In this document: positions 25,664 to 32,878 of the stretch, piece by piece
Layout of the letters: every line of letters starts with the position of its first letter
How positions within the stretch are numbered: position 1 is the first letter of the stretch
Virus record (IMG/VR): IMGVR_UViG_3300033067_002092
Location: 1-32,878 of that record
Direction: 5' to 3' (one strand)
Length of the DNA stretch: 32,878 bases
DNA from: a virus
Taxonomy: Duplodnaviria; Caudoviricetes
Made by a program: the position numbers and the translations under genes
Notes under the pieces: generated by a model
Told to the model about the DNA's origin: nothing
The model's database searches: none
Seen by the model: the letters and a program-made list of their open reading frames with translations, nothing else

Positions 25664-26148
25664 CCTTCCTTCTGGGCATCAAGGACTACCTGTGGGCCGC
25701 GCTTGTCGTGGCGCTGCTCGCTTTCGGGGTGACGCAGTACGTCGGCAAGACCCGTGTTGCTGCCGAACTGGCCACTTACCGGCTCGAGGTCGCCAAGGCG
25801 ACAGCCGACCAGGAATCTCTCGCCCGCACCCGCGAACACGAACTCACCCAAACCAATGAGAGGCTCACCGATGAACTCGTCAAGAAAGACAAGCTCTTGG
25901 CTGCTCGCGACACTTCTGCTCGGCGCTCTGATGCAGGGCTGCGCAACGAGATCGCCCGACTCAATGCCCGTGCAACCCCCGCGAATCCCGAAGCCAGCGC
26001 CTACGCTCATGAAGCCCGTACCGCCCGAGAGCTACTTGGAGCGTGCTCAAGCGAATATCGAAGCCTGGCGAGTGACGCTGACGGGCTCCGCAACCAAGTG
26101 AGCGGACTGCACAACTACATCAACGAAGTCGTTCAACCTGGCAAATAA
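25660..26148 (+). CDS. Inner-membrane spanin (Rz-like)
   Basis: N-terminal TM helix followed by a coiled coil. Follows the endolysin and hosts an embedded lipoprotein ORF. Confidence 0.8.
   Translation: MTFLLGIKDYLWAALVVALLAFGVTQYVGKTRVAAELATYRLEVAKATADQESLARTREHELTQTNERLTDELVKKDKLLAARDTSARRSDAGLRNEIARLNARATPANPEASAYAHEARTARELLGACSSEYRSLASDADGLRNQVSGLHNYINEVVQPGK
25871..26101 (+). CDS. Outer-membrane spanin lipoprotein (Rz1-like), embedded in the +1 frame of Rz
   Basis: SD GAGAGG, then MNSSRKTSSWLLATLLLGALMQG-C (lipoprotein signal) and a Pro-rich mature part. Confidence 0.8.
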   Translation: MNSSRKTSSWLLATLLLGALMQGCATRSPDSMPVQPPRIPKPAPTLMKPVPPESYLERAQANIEAWRVTLTGSATK

Positions 26149-26190
26149 GTCAGTCATGACTTGACATTTTCGGCGTTTCGGCCGTAGAAT
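26146..26190 (+). promoter_or_regulatory. Sigma70 promoter with the motif abutting the -35
   Basis: TAAGTCA-gtca-TGAC (26146-26160), then TTGACA (26161-26166), 18 nt, TAGAAT (26185-26190). Confidence 0.75.
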
Positions 26191-26212
26191 GCCCCAAATT
26201 CCTGGAACACCC

Positions 26213-26563
26213 ATGCCCGCCGCAAAGCTGAACCTCACCGTCGAGCAGGGCGCCGATTTCTCCAAGCGCCTGGTGTGGCGTGACAAGAACAAGCGCCCCG
26301 TGAATCTGACTGGCTACACCGCCAAGATGCAGGTGCGCTCGTCTGCGGGTAGCCCCACCGTCATTCTCGAGCTGTCCACCACCAACGGGCGCATCAGTTT
26401 GCCAGGCAGTGGGGCGATTGAACTCACCATTGCCTCCAATGACACCGAGACAATCACGTCCGGCGTGTATGACCTGAAGCTCTACGCGCCAGATGGCAAG
26501 GAAATTCGCTTCATCGAAGGCAAGCTCACGGTTACACCCGGAGTCACCAAAGATGGACTTTGA
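26213..26563 (+). CDS. Putative virion protein (beta-sandwich, BppU-N-like fibre anchor)
   Basis: ATG at 26213 is preferred because 26189 lies in the -10 box. Pattern EQGADF..NLTGYTAKMQVR..GVYDL..EGKLTV. Confidence 0.6.
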   Translation: MPAAKLNLTVEQGADFSKRLVWRDKNKRPVNLTGYTAKMQVRSSAGSPTVILELSTTNGRISLPGSGAIELTIASNDTETITSGVYDLKLYAPDGKEIRFIEGKLTVTPGVTKDGL

Positions 26564-26789
26564 AGTTGTCCAGACGACCGAGGAAATCACGGTCGTCGTG
26601 CTCGATGAGCAGCCTGCGGAGATCATCTCCGAGGGTGTGATGGGCCCGCCTGGCCCGCCAGGCAACAACCTTGTGGGCGGCTATGCCGTCGCACTCAGTA
26701 ATCCGCAGCCTGGGGACGTGCTGTCCTTTGGCGACAACAAGTTCGTAAACACATCCGCAGCCAGTCTGACGGACGGAGGAAACTTCTGA
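26553..26789 (+). CDS. Small virion-type protein with a short collagen-like GPPGPPG and C-terminal DGGNF
   Basis: SD GGAG and ATG at 26553, 78 aa. TGATG overlap with the next gene. Confidence 0.7.
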   Translation: MDFEVVQTTEEITVVVLDEQPAEIISEGVMGPPGPPGNNLVGGYAVALSNPQPGDVLSFGDNKFVNTSAASLTDGGNF

Positions 26790-28087
26790 TGACCAACACA
26801 GTCCGCATCAAACGCCGCGCCGCCGGTGGTGCAGCCGGCGCTCCCGCCTCGCTGCAAAACGCCGAACTTGCTTTCAACGAACAGGACAACACGCTCTACT
26901 ACGGCTTTGGCACGGGTGGTGCGGGTGGTAGCGCCACCAACGTCATCGCAATTGGTGGCTCGGGCGCGTTCGTCACCCTGGGCGGCAGCTACGCCAACCC
27001 AACCTGGATCACCTCGCTCGCGGGCAGCAAGATCAGCGGCAACATCGCGGGCAATGCCGGCACTGCCAGTGCTCTTGCCGCTTCGCGCTCGATCTCGGCC
27101 ACCGGGGACGCAAGCTGGACGATCAGCTTCGACGGCTCCGCTAACGCCACCGCTGCGCTGACGCTGGCCGCATCGGGCGTGACAGCCGGCACCTACCGCT
27201 CTGTGACCGTGGATACCAAAGGTCGCGTGACCGCAGGCACGAACCCCACGACGCTGGCAGGCTACGGCATCACTGATGCACAAGCGCTCGATGGCGACCT
27301 GACTGCCATTGCCGCACTGACCGGCACCGGTATCTTGAAGCGCACGGGCACCGATACCTGGACGCTCGACACAAGCACCTACCTCACCAGCATCAACTCC
27401 TCGATGGTGACGACCGCTCTGGGCTTTACGCCCGAGGACGCCGCCAACAAGGGCGTGGCAAACGGCTACGCCAGCCTGGACGGCACCGGCAAGGTTCCCT
27501 CGGCGCAGTTGCCTTCGTTCGTCGATGACGTGCTGGAATACGCCAACTTGGCTGCATTCCCCGGTACGGGCACGGCCGGCGTCATCTACGTGGCGCTCGA
27601 CAGCAACAAGACCTACCGCTGGGGCGGCAGCGTCTACATCGAAATCTCGGCTTCGCCTGGCTCGACTGACAGCGTCACCGAAGGCTCGGTCAACCTGTAC
27701 TTCACGCAGGCTCGCGCCCGCGCTGCGATCTCGGTCACCGGTTCGATCGCCTACAACAGCACCACTGGCGTTCTGAGCTACACCGAATCGGTGTCCTCGG
27801 TGGCCGGCAAGACCGGCGCCGTGACCCTCGTCAAGGGTGATGTGGGCCTGGGTAACGTCGAGAACACAGCGCTTTCCACCTGGGCGGGCTCGGCCAACAT
27901 CACCACGCTTGGCACCATCACGACAGGCACCTGGAGTGCCACGGCGATCGGCGTCACGAAGGGCGGCCTGGGTCTGACCGCAGCCGTCACCGGTCTGCTG
28001 AAGGGCAACGGCACGAGCTACGCGGCAGCCGTGGTTGACACGGACTACCTGTCGCCAAGCAGCACACTGGACGGTGGCACGTTCTAA
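26789..28087 (+). CDS. Fibre protein with an Mtd-N-like N-terminus
   Basis: VRIKRR..PASL.NAELAFNE.D..LYYG, followed by fibre modules (VTVDTKGRVTAG, PTTLAGYGITDA, GYASLD..GKVP, VSSVAGKTGAV). Ends DGGTF. Confidence 0.8.
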   Translation: MTNTVRIKRRAAGGAAGAPASLQNAELAFNEQDNTLYYGFGTGGAGGSATNVIAIGGSGAFVTLGGSYANPTWITSLAGSKISGNIAGNAGTASALAASRSISATGDASWTISFDGSANATAALTLAASGVTAGTYRSVTVDTKGRVTAGTNPTTLAGYGITDAQALDGDLTAIAALTGTGILKRTGTDTWTLDTSTYLTSINSSMVTTALGFTPEDAANKGVANGYASLDGTGKVPSAQLPSFVDDVLEYANLAAFPGTGTAGVIYVALDSNKTYRWGGSVYIEISASPGSTDSVTEGSVNLYFTQARARAAISVTGSIAYNSTTGVLSYTESVSSVAGKTGAVTLVKGDVGLGNVENTALSTWAGSANITTLGTITTGTWSATAIGVTKGGLGLTAAVTGLLKGNGTSYAAAVVDTDYLSPSSTLDGGTF

Positions 28088-28106
28088 GTCAGAACTGACG
28101 TATAAT
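28085..28106 (+). promoter_or_regulatory. Motif followed by a consensus -10
   Basis: TAAGTCA-gaac-TGAC-G-TATAAT, the same geometry as at 2382 and 20118. No clear -35. Confidence 0.7.
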
Positions 28107-28109
28107 TTG

Positions 28110-28140
28110 CAGGCTCCTACATAGGAGCCTGTTTTTCTTT
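28110..28140 (+). terminator. Rho-independent terminator
   Basis: CAGGCTCCT-acat-AGGAGCCTG followed by TTTTTCTTT. Confidence 0.88.
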
Positions 28141-28156
28141 CGCGAGGTACATACCG

Positions 28157-29284
28157 ATGGCAAATACGATCATTCCCAAGCGCTCGAGTGTGGCGGCAAA
28201 GGTGCCGCTGCCAGGCGACCTTGAAATCGGTGAAATCGCCGTCAACCTCGCCGATGGACTCATCTTCACTAAGAACGCCAGCGGCACCGTCATCACACTC
28301 GGCGGCAGTAGCGGCAGCTACCTGCCTCTTGCGGGCGGCACGCTCACGGGCGGTCTGACAGTTGGCGGCAACTTGCTGCTCTCGGCCAACGCGGGCAGCT
28401 CTCGCACGATCGGCTTCGCAGGTGGCACGGACACCACGCTTGTGCTTCAGGCGGGTGGGGCGTCCGGGGCTGGCGCAAACCTGGAGCTGACTCGCGACAA
28501 CATTGCGTACGTGGATGCCACGCTGACTCGTTTGCGTAGCGTGGATGGCGCGACGAGTTTCCTCGAAGCATCGGCATCCGGCGTCAACGTGATGACCGGC
28601 GCACTGACCCAAGGTGGCAATCAGGTCGTTCACGCAGGCAACGTCAGCACCTACGCCCTGCCTATCGCCGGCGGCACGCTGACGGGCAACCTCGGCCTGG
28701 GCACGGGCGTGACGCCACTGAGTCTGCTGCATCTGGGCACGGCAAACCCCGAGATTCGCTTTGACGACGACGATGCCACGGGTGTCGTTCAGCTTCGTCA
28801 AACGATTGGCACGTTCCTCGTCACGATCGACCCAAACAACGTCGATGCAAACAGCACCTTCCTTGTGCGCCTGGACAACGCCGACGCCTTCACGCTCACG
28901 ACCACCGGCGCCACCTTTGCAAGCGGCATCACCGCTCCGAGCTTCACCGGCAAGGTGACGAGTCGAGTGGTATCGATCGCCGACGGCACTTCGATCACGA
29001 TGAACGCCGACACCACTGATCTGGCGGTACAGGTGAATACACAGGCCGCCGGCACTCTGACCATCAACGCGCCTACCGGCACACCCGTGAATGGTCAGCG
29101 TCTCATGCTGCGCCTCACGTCCTCAAATGCGCAGACTTTCGCCTGGAACGCCATCTTTCGCGGCTCAACCGACCAGGCCTTGCCCACCACGTCCTCGGGC
29201 GCCACCAAGGAAGACTACGTTGGTTTCATTTACGACAGCGTTGCTGTCAAGTGGGACTTGATCGCCAAAAACTTTGGATTCTGA
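28157..29284 (+). CDS. Fibre protein with an Mtd-N-like N-terminus
   Basis: SD GAGGT. IIPKRS..KVP..L..GEIAVNLADG.IF, and two LP.AGGTLTG.L fibre motifs. Confidence 0.8.
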   Translation: MANTIIPKRSSVAAKVPLPGDLEIGEIAVNLADGLIFTKNASGTVITLGGSSGSYLPLAGGTLTGGLTVGGNLLLSANAGSSRTIGFAGGTDTTLVLQAGGASGAGANLELTRDNIAYVDATLTRLRSVDGATSFLEASASGVNVMTGALTQGGNQVVHAGNVSTYALPIAGGTLTGNLGLGTGVTPLSLLHLGTANPEIRFDDDDATGVVQLRQTIGTFLVTIDPNNVDANSTFLVRLDNADAFTLTTTGATFASGITAPSFTGKVTSRVVSIADGTSITMNADTTDLAVQVNTQAAGTLTINAPTGTPVNGQRLMLRLTSSNAQTFAWNAIFRGSTDQALPTTSSGATKEDYVGFIYDSVAVKWDLIAKNFGF

Positions 29285-29286
29285 CC

Positions 29287-29472
29287 ATGAAAATCGACTT
29301 TGAATTCGACACGCAGTTTGGCACGTTTCGCGATGCCCTTCACCTTCCAGAGAACGAGACCTTCACCGAGGAGCAGCTTGCCGCGATGAAGCAACGGCGC
29401 CTCGATGATTGGCTCGCGATCATCAACGCGCCGCCGGTTGACGAAGTGCCCGTGGTGGATGGAGCCGAGTAA
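29287..29472 (+). CDS. Small hypothetical protein (possible fibre accessory)
   Basis: ATG at 29287, 61 aa (MKIDFEFDTQFGTFRDALHL..). TAATG overlap with the next gene. Confidence 0.7.
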   Translation: MKIDFEFDTQFGTFRDALHLPENETFTEEQLAAMKQRRLDDWLAIINAPPVDEVPVVDGAE

Positions 29473-32249
29473 TGGCTGACCGTTACTGGGTAGGTGACGG
29501 TCGTGGTGGAGGCACCTGGACGACCACTGATACAAGCGTATGGAGCACCGCTGCCCCGCTTGAATTCACAGCCTCGTTGTCGGGCACAACCTTAACCACT
29601 CCGACATCTCCGCCTTTGGCTATTGGTATGCGGGTGTATTCCAATGGCGGAATTAGCCTTGGGACGATTTCGGCGGGCTCGGGCACGACGTGGACTGTCA
29701 CGCTCACAAACACATACGCATCTCAAACGATGTACGCCTTTGCATCCGGCGCATCGGTGCCTACGTCGGCGGATAACGTATTTTTCCCCAAGCCAGTCGG
29801 TCGCGCTATTTCAATGACTATGACCGGAGCGCTGAATTGCGGAAATCTCAGTGTTCTGCTTTCCGGCATCACCCTCGGTGGAAGCGGCTCTTTGACGGTC
29901 ACTGGGGGCATGACTGTTACAGGAGCAACCTTGAGTTTTAGCGGCGGATTGATCTTCGCCGGAACAGGTGCGCAAACCATTGAAGTCTCGTCGGGATTGA
30001 ACTCATCAATCACGTTCAACAACGCCGCAGGCACGTGGACGCTGGGTGCCGCTCTCTCCACAAACAGCTCACTGAACGTCACGGCTGGTTCGTTCATCAC
30101 CAACAACTACGCGCTTGGGGCAACGGCTCTCAATTCCACTGGCACGCTCACGCGCTCGATCTCATTGGGCTCCAGTGCCGTAGCGCTTACTGGCACATCG
30201 CCTATCAACCTGGCCAGCACCGGCCTGACATTCAACGCGGGCACATCGACCATCACGATGAATGGTCCAACCATCAGTGTGGCGACTGGCAATCAAACTT
30301 TCTACAACGCCAGTATCAGTAACACGACAGCCTCGTCGATCACCATCGGTGGCGTCAACACCTGGAATAACCTTTCGATCACCAACTACTACACAGCCGG
30401 TGTCAGAACCATTTCGTTTTCCGATAACCAGACGATCAATGGAACATTGACGCTTGTGGCACCGGCGGGCGCCACTACCCGAACGCTTGTTTTCTCCAAC
30501 ATTTTCGGCACCGCGCGAACACTGACAGTCGGCAGCTTTGCAGCCGGCAGTGCTGATTACGATTTTCGAGACATCGTCATCGCCGGAGGGGCCGCCCCAA
30601 TCAGCGGAACCCGCTTCGGTGATTGCGGCGGCAATAGCGGCATCACATTCTCGACGCCCAAAACAGTCTATCGAGTGTCCACGTCTACCGCTTGGAACTC
30701 TACGACTGGCTGGGCAACCACCCCAGGCGGCGTCGGAGCTCTCGCGAATTTCCCGCTGGCTCAAGATACTGCCGTTATCGGCGCCACCGCTCCCGCTGCA
30801 TCGGGTACGCTCAACATGTCGATCGCTTACCCCGTCGGCACCCTTGATATGTCCGCTCGCACAAGCGGCAGCACGCTGACCTTCACAACTGCCAGCAACC
30901 TCTTTTACGGAAACTGGATTGGTGGCGCGGGGGCAACCATCTCTGGCTCACTGACTTTCGCGGGTCGAAACACTCAAACAATCACAAGCGCTGGACGGAC
31001 GTTTCCTTCGACTGTGCAATTCGACGGCGTCGGTGGAACTTTTGTGCTTGGTGATGCCTTTACGTGCGCAAGCACTACCTATCTTCAAACCGGCACGTTG
31101 AATTTGAATGGATACACCGCGACAACTTTCAACTTCTCCTCATCGGCAGGCGCATCGAGAAACATTGACTTCAATGGCGGTAACATCACAGTCACCGGGT
31201 ATGGCAGCGGCGCTTTTTTTGTTGGCGGCACACCCCCAACGCTTTCTGGCACACCAACAGTCAATTTCACCTACATTAGCAATCTTGCAACGACAATTAG
31301 TCCAGGTTCAGGAACGGATAGTAACGCCTTCAACTTTAATATCTTGGCAGGTACATACAGGTTGACCCTTGGCGGAACGCTTGGTAATGTGAACTTTACA
31401 GGCTTCTCCGGGACGTTGGGCGCATCAACCCGCACATTTACCGGTGGGTTGATTCTTAGCCCCACGATGGCACTCGATACAGGGCCCACATCTACTCAGA
31501 CGTTTGCGGGCGCAAGTGGAACCGGACAGATCACGTGCAATGGCAAAGCGATCCCTTGCCCAATTACATTTGCCTCAACTGGCAAAACGTGGGCGCTGCA
31601 AGATGCACTGACCACATCTTATGGCACCTCACTCAACTCCGGCACATTGGATTTGAACGGCAAGACGCTCACCTGCCCCTCGTTTACTTCAAGTGGCACC
31701 ATTGCTCGAAACCTGACTTTCAACGGGGGAACCCTCGCAATCAACGGTACAGGTCTGTGCGCTACCTTCAATGGAAGCGGCTTCACTTCTACGGCAGGTA
31801 GCGCACCTGGACAACTGTCGTTCACGGGTGGTTCGGCTAAAAGCATGTTGGGTGGCGGCTTGAGTTTCGCCTGCGCATTGAATCAAGGCAATGGAGGCAC
31901 GCTCACGCTCAACAACGGCAACTACACGTTCGATAACATCACGGCGTCCTACAGACCTGCAACGATTTCGCTGCCCGCCAATTACACAACCACCGTGAAC
32001 AACTTCACGCTGAATGGGATAGCCGGGTCGTTGGTGACTCTCAACTCCACAATCGCCGGTTCGCGTGCCTCCTTGTCCAAATCCAGTGGCGCGGTCGCGG
32101 TCAATTACTTGAGCATCAAGGACATTTCGGCCACAGGCGGCGCTACCTGGACCAACAACCTTGGGACAAACGGCGGCAACAACCTCGGTTGGACATTTAC
32201 CGCCATCGCCATCGCTGCTCTGAACGGCAACTTCTTCAGCTTCTTCTAA
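29472..32249 (+). CDS. Large beta-solenoid/adhesin-like protein, candidate receptor-binding protein
   Basis: 925 aa, very rich in Gly/Thr/Ser/Asn with few charged residues. Repeated GTL.LNG.T motifs, and visibly more A/T-ending codons than the core genes. Confidence 0.7.
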   Translation: MADRYWVGDGRGGGTWTTTDTSVWSTAAPLEFTASLSGTTLTTPTSPPLAIGMRVYSNGGISLGTISAGSGTTWTVTLTNTYASQTMYAFASGASVPTSADNVFFPKPVGRAISMTMTGALNCGNLSVLLSGITLGGSGSLTVTGGMTVTGATLSFSGGLIFAGTGAQTIEVSSGLNSSITFNNAAGTWTLGAALSTNSSLNVTAGSFITNNYALGATALNSTGTLTRSISLGSSAVALTGTSPINLASTGLTFNAGTSTITMNGPTISVATGNQTFYNASISNTTASSITIGGVNTWNNLSITNYYTAGVRTISFSDNQTINGTLTLVAPAGATTRTLVFSNIFGTARTLTVGSFAAGSADYDFRDIVIAGGAAPISGTRFGDCGGNSGITFSTPKTVYRVSTSTAWNSTTGWATTPGGVGALANFPLAQDTAVIGATAPAASGTLNMSIAYPVGTLDMSARTSGSTLTFTTASNLFYGNWIGGAGATISGSLTFAGRNTQTITSAGRTFPSTVQFDGVGGTFVLGDAFTCASTTYLQTGTLNLNGYTATTFNFSSSAGASRNIDFNGGNITVTGYGSGAFFVGGTPPTLSGTPTVNFTYISNLATTISPGSGTDSNAFNFNILAGTYRLTLGGTLGNVNFTGFSGTLGASTRTFTGGLILSPTMALDTGPTSTQTFAGASGTGQITCNGKAIPCPITFASTGKTWALQDALTTSYGTSLNSGTLDLNGKTLTCPSFTSSGTIARNLTFNGGTLAINGTGLCATFNGSGFTSTAGSAPGQLSFTGGSAKSMLGGGLSFACALNQGNGGTLTLNNGNYTFDNITASYRPATISLPANYTTTVNNFTLNGIAGSLVTLNSTIAGSRASLSKSSGAVAVNYLSIKDISATGGATWTNNLGTNGGNNLGWTFTAIAIAALNGNFFSFF

Positions 32250-32267
32250 CCCACTCTGGAGCTCGCC

Positions 32268-32609
32268 ATGCCTGCTTCCTTCGAGATCGTCCCCACCGGC
32301 ATCCGTACTGCCAGCGTTGAAGGCTTTACCCACGTCATCAAGCGCGTGGAATGGGTGCTCAAGGGCACCCAGGACGGCCAGACGTTCGAGTTGCCTCAGA
32401 CCACCGAGATGGGCCCAGTCGATGCCCAGGCCTTCATCCCACTCGAGGAGATCACCGATCCTGCGATTGTCATCGCCTGGGTGGAGGCGGCGCACCTCAC
32501 CATGACGGCCGTGAAGGACCACATCCAGCTCGTGCTCGATCGCCTGGTGGCCGAAGCCGCTACCGAGAAGGTGCCGATGCCATGGGCGCCCCAACCCGAA
32601 GCACCCTGA
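32268..32609 (+). CDS. Hypothetical protein, probable fibre-associated/assembly protein
   Basis: SD GGAG, 113 aa. V.W..G..FIP.EE.T..VIAWV..PW pattern recalled from ORFs next to phage fibre genes. Confidence 0.65.
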   Translation: MPASFEIVPTGIRTASVEGFTHVIKRVEWVLKGTQDGQTFELPQTTEMGPVDAQAFIPLEEITDPAIVIAWVEAAHLTMTAVKDHIQLVLDRLVAEAATEKVPMPWAPQPEAP

Positions 32610-32619
32610 ATGATTTGGC

Positions 32620-32643
32620 TATACTGGCTAAGTCACTGTTGAC
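32620..32643 (+). promoter_or_regulatory. -10 box with the motif over the predicted start site
   Basis: TATACT (32620-32625), then TAAGTCA-ctgt-TGAC (32629-32643). Confidence 0.65.
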
Positions 32644-32663
32644 ATACCTTATAGGAGAAACCC

Positions 32664-32878
32664 ATGTCCCAAATGCAACCTCAAATCTTCCAACTGGCCA
32701 ACCTGACTGGCCAAGACATCGAAGCCATCATGAACGGCCTGAACGAGCTTCCCGCCAAACAGTCGCGTATCGTGATGAACAAAGTGGAAGGTCAGATCAT
32801 CCAACAGGTGCAAGCCCAGCAAGCGGCTCAAGTTTCACTGGCCAAGACTGCCGACGCCAAGGCAAAGACAGAAGAAGA
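32664..32878 (+). CDS. Small hypothetical protein, 3'-truncated (not in the ORF track)
   Basis: SD AGGAG and ATG at 32664: MSQMQPQIFQLANLTGQDIEAIMNGLNELPAKQSRIVMNKVEGQIIQQVQAQ.., open to the window end. Confidence 0.75.
   Translation, partial: MSQMQPQIFQLANLTGQDIEAIMNGLNELPAKQSRIVMNKVEGQIIQQVQAQQAAQVSLAKTADAKAKTEE

Noticed and set aside
26789-29284. Diversity-generating retroelement suggested by the Mtd-like N-termini
   Set aside because: No reverse transcriptase and no near-identical TR/VR pair differing at adenines were seen in the window. Only the N-terminal attachment domain resembles Mtd.
1337-32643. Recurrent motif as CRISPR repeats, recombination/invertase sites or IS ends
   Set aside because: Copies are isolated, kilobases apart and tied to promoter elements. 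No recombinase, transposase, spacer array or inverted gene cassette is present.

Overview
A co-directional (+ strand), GC-rich morphogenesis region of a long-tailed (siphovirus-type) phage or prophage/phage-plasmid. In order: portal C-terminus, scaffold, major capsid, head-tail joining genes, tail tube, tail chaperone with a -1 frameshift, a 1468-aa tape measure, a lambda-like tail tip (M, L, K, I, J), a tail fibre with a self-cleaving chaperone, a lysis cassette (holin, SAR-type lysozyme, Rz with embedded Rz1), and a second cluster of fibre/adhesin genes. From memory only, the capsid and tube sequences resemble SSU5/pHCM2-type phage-plasmids. Two things stand out. (1) A four-gene insert between the tail fibre and the lysis genes encodes a small fibre-like protein with an Asn-Cys-rich C-terminus (..NCNCACDCSNCANA) next to a radical SAM/SPASM enzyme, a candidate RiPP-like system for modifying a virion fibre tip. 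(2) A palindromic motif (TAA)GTCA-N4-TGAC(TT) recurs about 11 times at gene boundaries, overlapping sigma70-like promoters. Three of these promoters are predicted to initiate inside an intrinsic terminator hairpin. All product calls come from motifs, synteny and recall; no database search was run.
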